A stretch of 64,000 nucleotides of DNA. Origin: Octopus sinensis. Taxonomy: Eukaryota. Where the stretch lies: positions 14,508,001 to 14,572,000 of the forward strand of contig NC_042999.1 of the NCBI RefSeq assembly GCF_006345805.1, written 5' to 3'. A program made the translations under genes and the position numbers. A model generated the notes under the pieces. It made no database searches. It was not told the DNA's origin and was given only the letters and a program-made list of their open reading frames with translations. Of the stretch, positions 1-12,916 are shown in pieces (the stretch's first letter is position 1; the number at the start of each line of letters is the position of its first letter).

Positions 1-478
1 TACACACACACACACACACACAGGCACACTTATACACACATACATGCGTGTATGATTTCATGTCTATTTCTCCATGCTGGCATGAATATAAGTGTTTATC
101 AATTTGTGAAAATCAATAAACATTTTGAGTTAGAATCATTTGTCGAAAAAGGAAGAGGAAAATAATGTATTAAAATGTGTAATGTGGAGAATGTGAACAT
201 ACATGTCTGTTCAAATGATACAATAAACTTTGCTTCATGCTAATTAAGAAAGAATTATTGACCTTCGCAATAGAAGTGCAATGTGCCGGTGGCAAGAAGC
301 CCAAATTCATCATGGTTAATTGAACACAAGACTTGAAAGAAGAGTCTCCTGGAAGATTTGACAGCATGGTCCATTAATGACATCGTAATTCCTTTTCTTA
401 TTACTTCTAACTCTGCAAACTGCTTGCAATTTTGTGTTTATATGTGTGTGTAGTTACATTCCGAAAATATATATAAAT

Positions 479-865
479 AGGTTGCAGGTGTGGCTGAGTG
501 GTAAGAAGTTTGCTTCTCAGCCGCATGGTTCCGGGTTCAGTTGGTTCAATCCCACTGTGTAGCACCTTGAGCAAGTGTCTCTTCTACTACAGCTTTGGGT
601 TGACCATAGCCTTGTGTGTGCACTTGCTAGATGGAAACTGAAAGAAGCTTGTCATATATGTGTTTGTGTTTGTCTGTCCCCTACCCACTGCTTCACTACC
701 AGTGTTGAAGGGTTCATATTTCCATAACTTAGCAGTTTGGCAAAAGAAACTGACAATAAGTACCATGCTTAAAAAATAAGTACTGAATTTGAATCGTTCA
801 ACTAAAATTCTTGAAGGGGATGCCCCAGCATGGCAGCAATCTAATTATTGAAACAAATAAAAGAA
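479..865 (+). mobile_element. tRNA-derived SINE family A (older copy)
   Basis: A-box-like GTGGCTGAGTGG and B-box-like GGTTCAATCC head, CCTTGAGCAAG, internal TG tract, GAAACAAATAAAAGAA tail; homologous to the copies at 9919, 27232 and 37217. Confidence 0.8.
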
Positions 866-3405
866 TGTATAATCATCATTTTACCTCTACCATTTCCATG
901 GTGGTGGCTAGGGTAGACCAGTTCAGTAGGATTCAGTAGATTAGGAAAACCATGCCATCATCTAATGTCTAAATTTTTGGTGTGGCTTCTAAGGCTCAAT
1001 GTCCTTCCTAATACTAACCATTTTACACAGATTATACTGCATGCATTTTTCATTGCTCCAACACTGTAGAGGTTGCCTTGTTATCAGCAAGACTAAAGAA
1101 ACTTTTCAAACCCTGGATTGTATTATCTGGATCAATTACCAAGCATTTAGTGTTCCAGGTGCTTTTTGCTGTACCCAGCACTTTTAGAGGTTGCCTTATT
1201 GCTGTAATGCACTCCTTAATAAAAGGAACAGATTTATCATCCGAAGATGGTAATATAGACAATAACAGAGAGAAGAGGGTCCGGGTGGAAGTAGAGGGGA
1301 CAGAGGATGAGGAACCTATAGTATGGCCAAATGGTTAGAAAGTTTGTTTTGCAACCATGTGGTCCATAGTTTTACCCCACTGTGTGACATTTTAGACAAA
1401 TGTCACTTTCTATGGCCTTGAGTTGATCCATAATTTACAAATAAAAATCGGTAAGAGGAAATAATGTAAAAGCTCAATGGTTGGATTGTGAATATAATTG
1501 AAAAGTCACAGCCTTGTCTTACACTGCTTCTGGCTGAAGATTATATTCAGAATGCATACATAAATCTGTGGAATACTCAGTCACTTTCTAGTAATTCAGT
1601 TAATCAAACCATTGAGCTTGCGTAACTGCAAATTTTTCAATAGTTCAGCATAGGTGTTCTCTTTTTCACTGATCTTCAGCTTTATGCTAACATCCATTTG
1701 CTATGTATGTATGTATGTGTGTGTGTGTGTGTGAGACCATTATACACACACACACACACACCCATACATATACATACTCAAATATATATATATATATATA
1801 TATATAAATGAATATATATATAATCTGAAGTTAAGGCTTCCATTAAGTATATAGATACATACACACACATGCATACACACGTAAATTTCTTTAAACACAT
1901 TTGCAGTGAAGTGTGTTGTACATTCAGGGTATATGTACTCACATTCATTAAGCTTACTATAACATTAAATCCATGCCATAGACTCAGATTAACATCCACC
2001 TGGGATACTGGCATGAAATCAAGGTATCGATTTAATGATATAATTTCTAAACACCCACCCACCCACACACACACACACAGGCACACACATACACACATGC
2101 ACACGCACGTGTGTGTTTACAGTTCTTCTTAAAATAAAGTGGTATCGGAGTAAACAAAAGTGAAATTCTCTATGTTGCTATTTTGGGTTAAACCATCTTC
2201 CAACAATGGGTGTGTGGCCAAAATATGGTTGGCCTCATAACTTTCCCTGTCAAAATGGACAGAAAGTTCTTTGATAAATGCTTATATGATGAAAGATAAA
2301 TCTCAGTGATTAAAACATTGATTGGCTGGTTAATCTCATAACCCTTACAGAGTCTTTGTTATATCAACCTGGTCTTTCCTAATGATTAATAATTCCCTTT
2401 GTTCCTTCCAGGCTTAAAGATTTTAGCTCAGCACTCCATACAAATGAAATACTCTTCAATTAGGAATTTGCGTGATAAATCCAGTTTAATGTGATTAGGA
2501 AATCTGTATTAAGGAGGTCTAAGAAGGCGGGCCACCTAAACAACATTATAGGCCCCCGAGTAAACCAATGTATTGGGCCCCTATGGTATTTATTTACTGA
2601 CAGCAGTTCACAACATATATACATTAGATTTGGCCCCTTGACCAGTGAGAACCCCAGGCAACTGCCCAATATGTGCATACATAAAAACAACACAGCTAAG
2701 AAGTCCTCATGATGCAATCACATGGTAGAGTTGATTAGTCAAATTCATTCTTGACGATATCTAATTAAATGTATTAGTGGATCATACTTGACAATATCAT
2801 CATTATCATCATTTAATATCTACTTTGCCATACATTTCCATGTTTGCATTGGACAGATGGAATTTGTTTAGGCAGATTTTCTATGGCTTGATGCCATTCC
2901 TATCACCAATCTACTATTGTTTCCAAGCAATGTAATATTTCCACATGGTCAGACTGAGAATAGATGTCCTCCAGAAGACCACCAGGTTTCCTGTTCACTG
3001 GTTCTGAAAATTCTAAGGATCCATCCAGCCAGCTATCTGCATTTTATTGCCAACTCAATAATAAGTACTTGGAAAGATGCATCTTTACTTGTATCAATAC
3101 CCAGGTTGCACTCTGGTTTTGATTCAGAGATTGCAACCCCTCCTGGGCCAGTGTATGCTGTCTTTATTTCATATAAAAAATATTTTAAAAATTACATTTA
3201 TTCAAGATGCACACAATAGAATTGAACCCTGGACCACAAAGTTGTGAAGTAAACTTTTTTAACCATTTGGCCACATTGTACTTACACACACACACTCATT
3301 CAAATGTGTGTGTGTGTGTGTGTTAAGTGTTAGTGTATGTATGTGTGCAGTTGTATTTATAATGACATTTACACTCTTTCTTGCCAAAGTCTTTTGGATA
3401 ACTGT

Positions 3406-3596
3406 TCAAAATTCTTTTTGGTCTTCACATGCTTCCATCTGATGCAGCTTTCTCCTCTCAGCCATGGCTGTTTCTTCTTCTCTGCTTCTCTGGCAAGCTA
3501 AAAGATAGAGATCAGGCAAACTTAATCTCGCTTGATTCTCAAAAATCTTTTGAGCTACAGAAACTGTAGCAGTTTCGTCTGTAAGTTGGCTGCCAG
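3406..3596 (-). other. Candidate terminal exon or decayed coding fragment (GSQLTDETATVSVAQKIFENQARLSLPDLYLLACQRSREEETAMAERRKLHQMEACEDQKEF*)
   Basis: 62 stop-free codons in non-repetitive DNA after a possible CATAG acceptor; no family recognised. Confidence 0.25.
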
Positions 3597-4296
3597 CTAT
3601 GTTTGGAAATCATGTAAGGTCAAAGAGGCTGAAAGCACGACACTAAAAATAGATCCTGCCTCTAAGCTTAGTGCTTAGGACTGAGTCTAACTGATATGGC
3701 TGCCAGAACCAACACTCTCTTAAAAGAGACTCAAGGAAAGCATTTCTCTGGACAGCAAATGTAGACATACAATGAAGAAATAAATAAATAAATATATATA
3801 GAGAGAGAGAGAAAGAGGAGGGTGAGGAAGAGATAAATAATAAATAAATAAATAGATAAATATATATAAGTTTTAGATGCCCAGTGTAAGAATCAATAAA
3901 GGTTACAAGAGTTCAGTCTGACAGTGAATCAAAATTTTTTTTTGTGATTTTATAGATATGTGCATGTGCACACATGTGTGTGTGTATGTGTGAGTATATA
4001 AGTCTGTGTTGTATGCACGTTTGTGATTGAATGTGTATGTGTATTGGTGTATCTCTTCGTTTGAATGTATGGATGGATGTGAATACTTGAGTAAGATATT
4101 TTTTCAGGCCATTCAATGTGCGATTGTACATTTGTATGTATATATATGCATATGAATACATATGCATATGTGCATGTACATGTGTTTGTGTATATACATA
4201 TATATACACAATATATAAGCATTTATATATTTTCAAGTGTATTTGGGCTCATTTCATATTTTCATTTTTCATCTATGCTCGAATAATATATATATA

Positions 4297-4454
4297 AGGC
4301 GCAGGCATGACTGTGTGGTAAGAAGCTTACTTCCCGACCACATGGCTCTGGGTTCAGTTCTACTGTGTGGCACCTTGCACAAATATCTTCTATCACTTCA
4401 GGCCGACCAAAACTTTGTGAGTGGATTTGGTAGACAGAAACTGAAAGCTCATCG

Positions 4455-4486
<32 letters not shown>

Positions 4487-4656
4487 GTGTTGTATGTGTA
4501 TTTGTATATGTTGGTGTGTTTATGTCCCCGTAACTTAGTGGTGTGGCAAAAGAGACAATAAGTACTAGGCTTACAAAGAATGGGGTCAATTCATTCATGT
4601 AAAAGTGGTGCTGCAGCATGACTGCAATCAAATCATTGAAACAAGTAAAAGAATAA
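4297..4656 (+). mobile_element. SINE family A
   Basis: AGGCGCAGGCATGACTGTGTGG head directly after (TA)n; GAAACAAGTAAAAGAA tail. Confidence 0.85.
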
Positions 4657-4912
4657 ATATATATATATATATACATCTTAAGAAAGAGAGAGTTGTTGTT
4701 AGCTCCCAGGTCAGCTTTGTCTGATCTAAGGTATCTGGGCCAACCACCCCATCTATTTATCTGCACTGCAATAAGAACTACAGCCCCTGAATGTGTCCTA
4801 CTTGTTAAAATTCTATTTATTTATTTGTGCAGCTGAAGATGGCATTGCATTGTTTAGTTAAATGGAGCCACTAGAAACAGTCGTACTGCATAACAACTTG
4901 ATATCCAGTTGC

Positions 4913-4957
<45 letters not shown>

Positions 4958-5047
4958 ATATCTAATGTAGGATAAAATTTTTTCAAAAAAAAAAAATTTT
5001 ATCAATGGCCAGCATATTAAAAAATACCTTTAAAGGTTACATTATAA

Positions 5048-5384
5048 ACAACTTATAAATAAGGGCATATGAAAAAATTTCTAATGCCAAATATGCCGAA
5101 AATTGGACATATTGTCCATTTACCATATAATTTCTTTTCCCAGTACGCACGCTACTCGAAAAAAGGTCGACAGAAATTTCTAAAAAATTCCATTATTACC
5201 ATATCGGACCGATTTCAGGGTTAGTTCAAAAAGAACCCTCCCTTCGTCAGTGATACATGTGATAAAAGAAGTAAATGAGATACTTACTCATACCCATGGA
5301 AGAAGCAAACACTAAATCATGTTTATGAATTTTCGGCATATTTGGCATTTGAAATTTTTTTGTTTGCCCTTATTTATAAGTTGT
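5048..5384. mobile_element. MITE-like element with ~57-bp terminal inverted repeats
   Basis: 5048-5104 is a near-identical reverse complement of 5328-5384; non-coding interior. Confidence 0.65.
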
Positions 5385-5387
5385 GTG

Positions 5388-5429
<42 letters not shown>

Positions 5430-5502
5430 TATATATTTAGAGAGAGAGTTTGTGTATGTTTATATATATATATATGTGTGTGTGTGTATGTGTTAATCCC
5501 CT

Positions 5503-5661
5503 CTCTCCTGAATGGTTGGTATTAGGAAGGACATCCAGCTGTAAAAATCCTGCCAAAACAGTCACAGAAATCTGGTACTGGCCTGTGCCTGGCTGGCTCT
5601 TGGGAAACCATCGCACCCATGCTTGTATGGAAAGCAGACGTTAAATGACGATGATGATGAT
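5503..5661 (+). mobile_element. Retroposon family C, 3' part with (GAT)n tail
   Basis: TTAGGAAGGACATCCAGCTGTA...CCCATGC...GGAAAGCAGACGTTAAATGACGATGATGATG, as in other family C copies. Confidence 0.75.
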
Positions 5662-6224
5662 GTGTGTGTGTGTGTGCGTTTTGAGATGGGATGTTTATAT
5701 GCATAAAAGTTGTTGCTGCTTAGCCCGAAGTCATCATTGATTGAAGAACGTCTTAGATCAAAGCCATTCCAACCATGACCTTGGTGTCTTTTTCTACATC
5801 AGAGACTTGCTGATTTGATTATGCTGGATTGTACCAACTCACATCTGCAATTAAATGTGACAGATTATTATGCGTACACACAAACCAGGGCTGGTTCTAT
5901 ACACTGAGTAAGGAAGACAATTATTGACGGCACTAAAATCTAGCAACACCTCACAAATCATGGACATCTTGGATGAAATATCTTAATCGAACTAAAACCA
6001 CAGAAATTCAGACATAAAGATAGCAGTTGGGGTCAATCTGAGAACAGAGTAGCAGGGATAGAGGACAGGGGTTTCAGGTGGAGCTGGAAACAAGTGGATT
6101 GTGGGAAGAGGTTGAGTAGTGTTATGGCCTGTCACATGGTTTGCTATGAAACATTTCAAATTTTTTCCAGATGACAGATTTATTCAGTACCATGCATGAT
6201 CATGAGGTTATTGATTTCTAGTTT

Positions 6225-6645
6225 GCAAGTTTATATATAAATTTTTTTCGACTGCATTTTCTCATCTTGTGTAAAGAGAATCAATGACTGAATGTAGCGT
6301 TAGAAAACAATTCGAGGAAGGATACACATTATAAGGGGTCATCTAGGGATGCTGGAAATCCTGGTCCCAGTCTTTGCACACACACAAACACACACACACA
6401 TATGCATGCATGCACAAACAGAATTTAGCAAGTTTATATATATATATATTTTTTTCGACTGCATTTTCTCATCTTTTGTAAAGAGAATCAATGACTGAAT
6501 GTAGCTATAGAAAACAATTCGAGGAAGGATACGCATTATAAGGGGTCATCTAGGGATACTGGAAATCCTGGTCCCAGTTTTTGCACACATGCAAACACAC
6601 ACACACACACACATTCGTATGCATGTATGCACAAATAGAATTTAG
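6225..6645. repeat. Tandem duplication, 2 x ~203-217 bp
   Basis: 6225-6427 repeated at 6428-6645 with few substitutions. Confidence 0.9.
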
Positions 6646-8029
6646 TCTTCACGGTGAGAGCATTTCAGACAAAATGCATAATTCTGGGGCGATGGTGTAT
6701 CTTTGCATATTTATCTGTTGTTATTAATCCATATTCTATGTGATGACCTCGGTAATTTTTATCAGATTTTTATTGTCGGAATGATATTATCGAAACTACA
6801 GATTTGTGTGAGGTGTTTATATGAAGGTGAGAGAGATGAAGAGATTGCAGGTGCATCGGAAGTAAACGTGATTCTAACAAGTGCTGAAATCTTGATTTCC
6901 TGATTACTCACATTGCGTCATGTTGGCTTTTTATTGTTGTTATTGTTGTTGTTGTTTTTCGTTTCTTTTCTCTCTCTTTTTATTTATATATTTATTTTTA
7001 CTTGAATGCCTTTACTGTAGGAACAAATGTGTTTACATGTAACAGAATCTATAAATACATATGCTGTGAGGTGACTTCTGTGATTTTCCTTCTCTTGTTT
7101 GTTTGTATGTTTATTTTGTTTTTGTTATTTATTCCTTTCTTTTCTTTTTTTTACTATCTATGTCCCTCTCTCTCTCCCTCACTCTCTTTTCTCATATATC
7201 TATACATACACGCTCTGTACACACATATACACAAGTATACACACATTTTAAATACACATTGATACACATGCATATATAGGTATATATTTTTACTATGAAT
7301 ATATGTATGTACACATGATTATATATATATATATATATGCATATATATTTTTATTTATGAGTATGTATGTGTATATGTGTATATATATATATATATGCAT
7401 ATATATTTTTATTTATGAGTATGTGTGTGTATATGTATGTATATATATATATATATATATAATATATATATATATATTATATATATATATGCACACACAC
7501 ACACACACATTTGCTGGTGTGCGTCTGAGCATGTATGTGTATGAGAGAGCGGAAGCATGAGAAATACATATACCCACACAATGCTAGCTCGCTGTGTTTG
7601 CATAGGTTGTATAATAATATTGTTCGGTCAACATATTTCAGTTTGCTTATTGATGTCTTGTCTTCAAACTTCAGAATATTATATTAGAAGTTTGTACTTA
7701 AAAGATATGACACTGAAAGTTTAATATAGCTGATATTTACATTGAAGTATTTATTGCATGCTACAAGGATAAGCAACTATAATACTACTCTCTTGTATAT
7801 TTTATTATGTTATGTGTGGGGGTTTTTATTGATTTGATTTTAATTTAAAATTTTATGGTTATTCTTTACCATGTTGTCAAATATTTGTAAGTTATTCTCC
7901 TGCTATTGTAATTAATAAGTATGGGTTCAATCCTGCAGTGTGACACCTTGAGTAAGTGTCTTTTACTTTAGCTACTCTTGCCCTGATCTAACCAAGGCCT
8001 TGTTAGTGGGTTTGGATGTAGAAGGTACC

Positions 8030-8355
8030 GGCACTGGTGCCATGCAAACAGCACTGGTGCTGGTGCCATGCAAACAGCACTGGTGCTGGTGCCATGTAAA
8101 AAGCACCCAATACACTCTGTAAGGTGGTTGGCATTAAGAGTGGCATCCGGCCAGTTAGAAACCATGCCAAAACAGACAATATGACCTGGTTTGGCTCCCA
8201 GCCTTACAAGCTCCTGTCAAACCATCCAACCCATGCCAGCATGGAAAATGAACAGTAAACGATGCAACTGAAAGATGTCCATTGTGTATTTGTGTGTATC
8301 ATGCCAGCAGTCCAACCCATGCCAACATGGACAACAGACGTTAAATGATGATGAT
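8030..8355 (+). mobile_element. Retroposon family C with 26-bp internal tandem subrepeats
   Basis: GCACTGGTGC(TGGTGC)CATGCAAACA repeated about 3 times, then the family C body and two CCAACCCATGCCA(A/G)CATGG 3' ends. Confidence 0.75.
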
Positions 8356-8509
8356 ATTTCAATATATATATAAGTCCCGGGGTCGAGTTGCTCGATTAAA
8401 GGCGGTGCTCCAGCATGGCCGCAGTCAAATGACTGAAACAAGTAAAAGAGTAAAAGAATATATATATATATATATATGTTGTGTGCATGTGTGTTTGTGT
8501 GTGTGTCTG

Positions 8510-8647
8510 TTTGAAAAAAATGAATAGAAATGGTATTTCTGATAATTTTCTTTCCACTTTAATAATTAGATGTTTAATAACTTATAAACATCTAATTATT
8601 AAAGTAAGAAAATTATCAAAAAAGCCATATCTATTCATTTTTTCAAA
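8510..8647. repeat. 138-bp AT-rich palindrome (MITE-like or hairpin RNA)
   Basis: ~65-bp arms, inner 21 bp perfect (ACTTTAATAATTAGATGTTTA), 8-nt loop. Confidence 0.85.
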
Positions 8648-8885
8648 TATATAATACTGTACCAAAGATTTTCTATTTCTTATTCCACTACACACACACC
8701 TTGTTTTTATCCTGTTATGCATGTAGCAGCCCAATTAATAAACTGCCTATAACCAATCATCAGTTGGCAGCTATAACATCCCTACTTTTAGTTGTAATTC
8801 AAGTTGGAGGTTTAGGCAGGAAGTCAACCTTGAGCGCTAATTGTATATGCTTATTACATTACATCATAAAACATGATGTTACTTG

Positions 8886-8926
<41 letters not shown>

Positions 8927-8935
8927 TGTGTGTGT

Positions 8936-9257
8936 GAAGGCACGTGGCTTAGTGGTTAGGGGCATTCGGCTCACAATTGTAAGGTCGTGAGTTTGATTTC
9001 TGGCAACGCGTTGTGTCTTTGAGCAAGACACTTTATTTCACGTTGCTCCAGTCCACTCAGCTGGCAAAAATGAGTTGTACCTGTATTTCAAAGGGCCAAC
9101 CTTGTCACACTTTGTATCATGCTGAATCTCCCCGAGAACTATGTTAGGAGTACGCATGTCTGTGTAGTGCTCAGTCACTTGCACGTTAATTTCACGAGCA
9201 GGCTGTTCCATTGATCGTATCAGCTGGGACTCTCATCGTCACAACCAACGGAGTGCT
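8936..9257 (+). mobile_element. tRNA-head CORE-like SINE family D, tail type 1
   Basis: GTGGCTTAGTGG A box, degenerate B box, GTGTCTTTGAGCAAGACACTTTATTTCAC...CAGCTGGCAAAAATGAG resembling the CORE domain. Confidence 0.8.
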
Positions 9258-9258
9258 C

Positions 9259-9301
<43 letters not shown>

Positions 9302-9881
9302 CCACATACAAACACACACACACACACATATGTATGTATGTGAAGGTACATGGCCTAGTGGTTAAGGTGTGTTTGTGTGTTTGTGTTTTGTTGCCTTGAT
9401 AGTGTGCGGTAGTTGTAAACAAGTGTCACTGTCATACAAGTGGTGTAACTCATGTTCAGTCTTTCCTGAAAACATGTCCAGTCATGTGGATATAATATTA
9501 CTTCACTTAGAAGAAGTCAAGTCCTGAACACAGGAATGATATCCAGCCGTAAGCAATCTGCTTCAACGTATTTCGACCTTACACATCCCATCATGGAAAA
9601 GTGGATTCCTACTTATTCATTTATTTTTATTTCAAAAACTCTTTTTCTTTTACTTGTTTCAGTCATTTGACTGTGGCCTTGCTGGAGCACTGCCTTGAAG
9701 AAATTTTGGTCAAATGAATCAACACAAGTACAATTTTTTAATTACTGGTACTTAAGTTTATTAGTGACTTTTGCCAAACAGCTTATGGGGCCACAACCTC
9801 ACCAACACCAGTTGTCAAGAAGTGGTGGTGCGGGGAGTGGGTGACAGACAAAGGCACACACACATATATATACATATATAT

Positions 9882-9913
<32 letters not shown>

Positions 9914-9918
9914 CACGA

Positions 9919-10320
9919 CAGGAGTGGCTGTGTGGTAAGTAGCTTGCTAACCAACCACATGGTTCCGGGTTCAGTCCCACTGCGTGGCATCTTGGGCAAG
10001 TGTCTTCTGCTATAGCCCCGGGCCGACCAATGCCTTGTGAGTGGATTTGGTAGACGGAAACTGAAAGAAGCCTGTCGTATATATGTATATATATATATGT
10101 ATGTGTGTTTGTGTGTCTGTGTTTGTCCCCCTAGCATTGCTTGACAACCGATGCTGGTGTGTTTACGTCCCCGTCACTTAGCGGTTCGGCAAAAGAGACC
10201 GATAGAATAAGTACTGGGCTTACAAAGAATAAGTCCCGGGGTCGATTTGCTCGACTAAAGGCGGTGCTCCAGCATGGCCGCAGTCAAATGACTGAAACAA
10301 GTAAAAGAGAAAAGAGAAAG
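9919..10320 (+). mobile_element. SINE family A (young copy)
   Basis: Near-identical to copies at 27232, 37217, 59863 and the reverse complement of 34404-34788. Confidence 0.9.
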
Positions 10321-10335
10321 AGAAAAGAGACAGGA

Positions 10336-10495
10336 TTCTTTCAGTTTCTGTCTGTAAAATCCATTCACAAGGCTTTGCTGGACTCAAGGCTACAGTTGAA
10401 GACACTTACTCAAGGTGTCACACAGTGGAACTGAACCTAGCACCATGTCGTTGGGGAGTAACTTTCTTACAACATAGCCATGCCTGGATATTTAA
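10336..10495 (-). mobile_element. SINE family A, 5' part
   Basis: Reverse complement of the family A head, abutting the + copy. Confidence 0.75.
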
Positions 10496-11139
10496 ACGAT
10501 AACCATGAGCTCACCTTCTTTGTTTCTCTTTATCTTTCTTTTTTGTCTAATTAGTTCACTGTCTTTCTCTCTCTTTATTTTTCTCTTTCTCTCTCACTCA
10601 CTCACATGATATCAGCCATTTGAAAATTCTGTTTACTTTGAAGTCAGATAATTGCAAGATCTTCCCACCATCTTGGTCAAAGTTTGAAATATCTCCCTAA
10701 ACCGTTGTAGTGTTACACCAGATATATTTGTGGGATTTTACTAACTACGATAACAATGATAACAATCATTTGTAAGATTTCACAATTGGGTCACCGAGTG
10801 ATTATTAGAGATTTCCTTTCAAGAACACTAAGTATTTAAGCTCTGTCTGAAGTGAGTCTGCAATTTATCTTTTTATATCAATTCTAATTATTTAACAGCA
10901 TGTAGCAACAACTTTAAATTGCAATCTGCTCGCTTTATTATTTCATTTGATATCAGCCACATATGAAATATATGACTTTCTTTTCTGATGTTAGACGATA
11001 ATAAGTGGCAACTTTTAATATTATGATTATCCCATTATCATTAACTCTTTAATATTTATTCTTTCCTGCTTCGTTCGTTTGGTAGATAATCAAGCTGCAT
11101 AAACAAAATATTGCACTCTGATATTCCCAATGGCAGTTC

Positions 11140-11531
11140 TTTTACTTGTTTAAATCATTAGACTGCAGCCATGCTGGAGCACTACTGTGAAGAATTTTTC
11201 ACCAAATGAGTCAATTCCCGTATCTCTTTTTAAAGCCGGGTACTTATTCTCTCAGTCTCTTTTGCCAAACTGCTAAGTTATGGAGATGTAAACAAACTGA
11301 CACCTGTAGGCAGGTGGTTATGGGGGCAAATATAGACACAAAAGAGACACACACGTAAATATATATATATATATATATATGATAGGCTTCTTTCAGTTTC
11401 CATCTACCAAATCCACTCACAAGATTTGGTTGGCCTGAGGCTGTAGTGGAAGACACTTGCCTGGTGTTACATAGTGGAACTGAACCTGGAACTATGTAGT
11501 TGGGAAACAAGCTTCTTACCACACAGCCCAC
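11140..11531 (-). mobile_element. SINE family A
   Basis: Reverse complement of the whole family A body. Confidence 0.8.
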
Positions 11532-11552
11532 ATAATTATATAAAAAAAATAA

Positions 11553-11772
11553 TAAATGCACCCTTTTAAAGGCTAGCCAGGCTCATGGGCCCGGTTTCAA
11601 TGGTGTATGTGTTCCCCAGCTGGACAGGATGCCAGTCCATCGCAGTGTTACTCATTTTTGCCAGCTGAGTGGACTGGAAGAACGTGAAATGAAGTGTTTT
11701 GCTCCCGGTCCAGGAATCAAAACCACAATCTTACGATCATGATGCTGACACCCTAACCACTAAGCCACGTTC
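11553..11772 (-). mobile_element. SINE family D, tail type 2 (V-domain-like)
   Basis: Minus strand reads CAGCTGGCAAAAATGAGTAACACTGCGATGGACTGGCATCCTGTCCAG, similar to the V-SINE central motif. Confidence 0.7.
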
Positions 11773-12084
11773 CCCCACACATAATTATATACAATACTTG
11801 AATTTAAGAATACGATTTTTCAGTTTTGGGTATAGACCCAACAAGAATGTTCCAAATATGAGATTTCTAAAGTTCTGTTACTTGTTGGAGGCTGTTTTGA
11901 AAGAAAATGAAATTCTTGGGTGTGTACAGATCACATGATAGTGGAGAGTACAAGATGATCTGGCAGAGAAGTCACTGGCTTCAGTTGACACTCAATAACT
12001 GCCATAAACAGAAAGAAATGGAAGCTATTAATACTTTTGTTGCAATTTTGTAAATATTATAAGTTTTCCCCAGTCATTGCATGT

Positions 12085-12356
12085 GCCACTGGACTGGCTC
12101 CTGTGCAGGTGGCACATAAAATGCACCATTTGAACATGGCCGTTGCCAGTACTGCCTGACTGGCCCTTGTGCCAGTGGCACATAAGAGCACCCACTACAC
12201 CCTCGGAGTGGTTAGCATTAGGAAGGGCATCCAGCTGTAGAAACTCTGTCAGATCAGATTGGAGCCTGGTGCAGCCATCTGGTTCGCCAGATCTCAGTCA
12301 AATTGTCCAACCCATGTTAGCATGGAAAGTGGATGTTAAACGATGATGATGATGAT
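12085..12356 (+). mobile_element. Retroposon family C
   Basis: GGTGGCACATAAAA subrepeats; ends CATGGAAAGTGGATGTTAAACGATGATGATG. Confidence 0.85.
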
Positions 12357-12916
12357 CGATTATAGAAAATAGTCTAATATTGGGGCATATAAATCCACTG
12401 TAGAAAAAAATGGGCATTTGTGTACTAATACCCATTTTTTTTTATATCTCTGTTGAGGGTTTATAAGCCCTAATATAAGACTATTTGCTATAGAAAATAT
12501 GCAATGGAAAATAATAATGTTTACAAAATTTTCAATTGTTACCATATCTTAACTTATGCAGAATAAGCATTTGTTACAATACTTCTACTGAAATAACCTG
12601 TTTTATTTCAATTAATTTTGTAAAATAATGAATTTAGCAAAATAACTATGTCATTATTAAGCTGATGTTTGGAAAACGTATCAATATGCAATTTTGATGG
12701 AAGAATTTAACTTAGAACTCCTTTGATTATAAGTCCTATCAGTAGGGGTTGATTGATACGGAAATCAACAACATTGCATTACATTTCAAGCTTTCCTGCA
12801 ACAAAAACAATCTGGGTGATTCCCTCAGGCTTTTGTGCTATAGTTTGTATCACTGAACCCCAGAGTGGTCACAACTGAGTTGGTATCGAAGGTTTAAGTA
12901 TAAACTTATATCTCAC

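Noticed and set aside
170-395. Open frames in unique sequence (e.g. MSLMDHAVKSSRRLFFQVLCSINHDEFGLLATGTLHFYCEGQ)
   Set aside because: No convincing splice sites or recognisable motif
999-1338. Overlapping ORFs, including ...EKRVRVEVEGTEDEEPIVWPNG
   Set aside because: Largely decayed family C subrepeats (AAGGCAACCTCTA twice); weak splice signals
10606-10700. Minus-strand segment GDISNFDQDGGKILQLSDFKVNRIFKWLIS before GTGAGT
   Set aside because: The donor derives from a (GAGT)n/(GA)n repeat and the acceptor is weak
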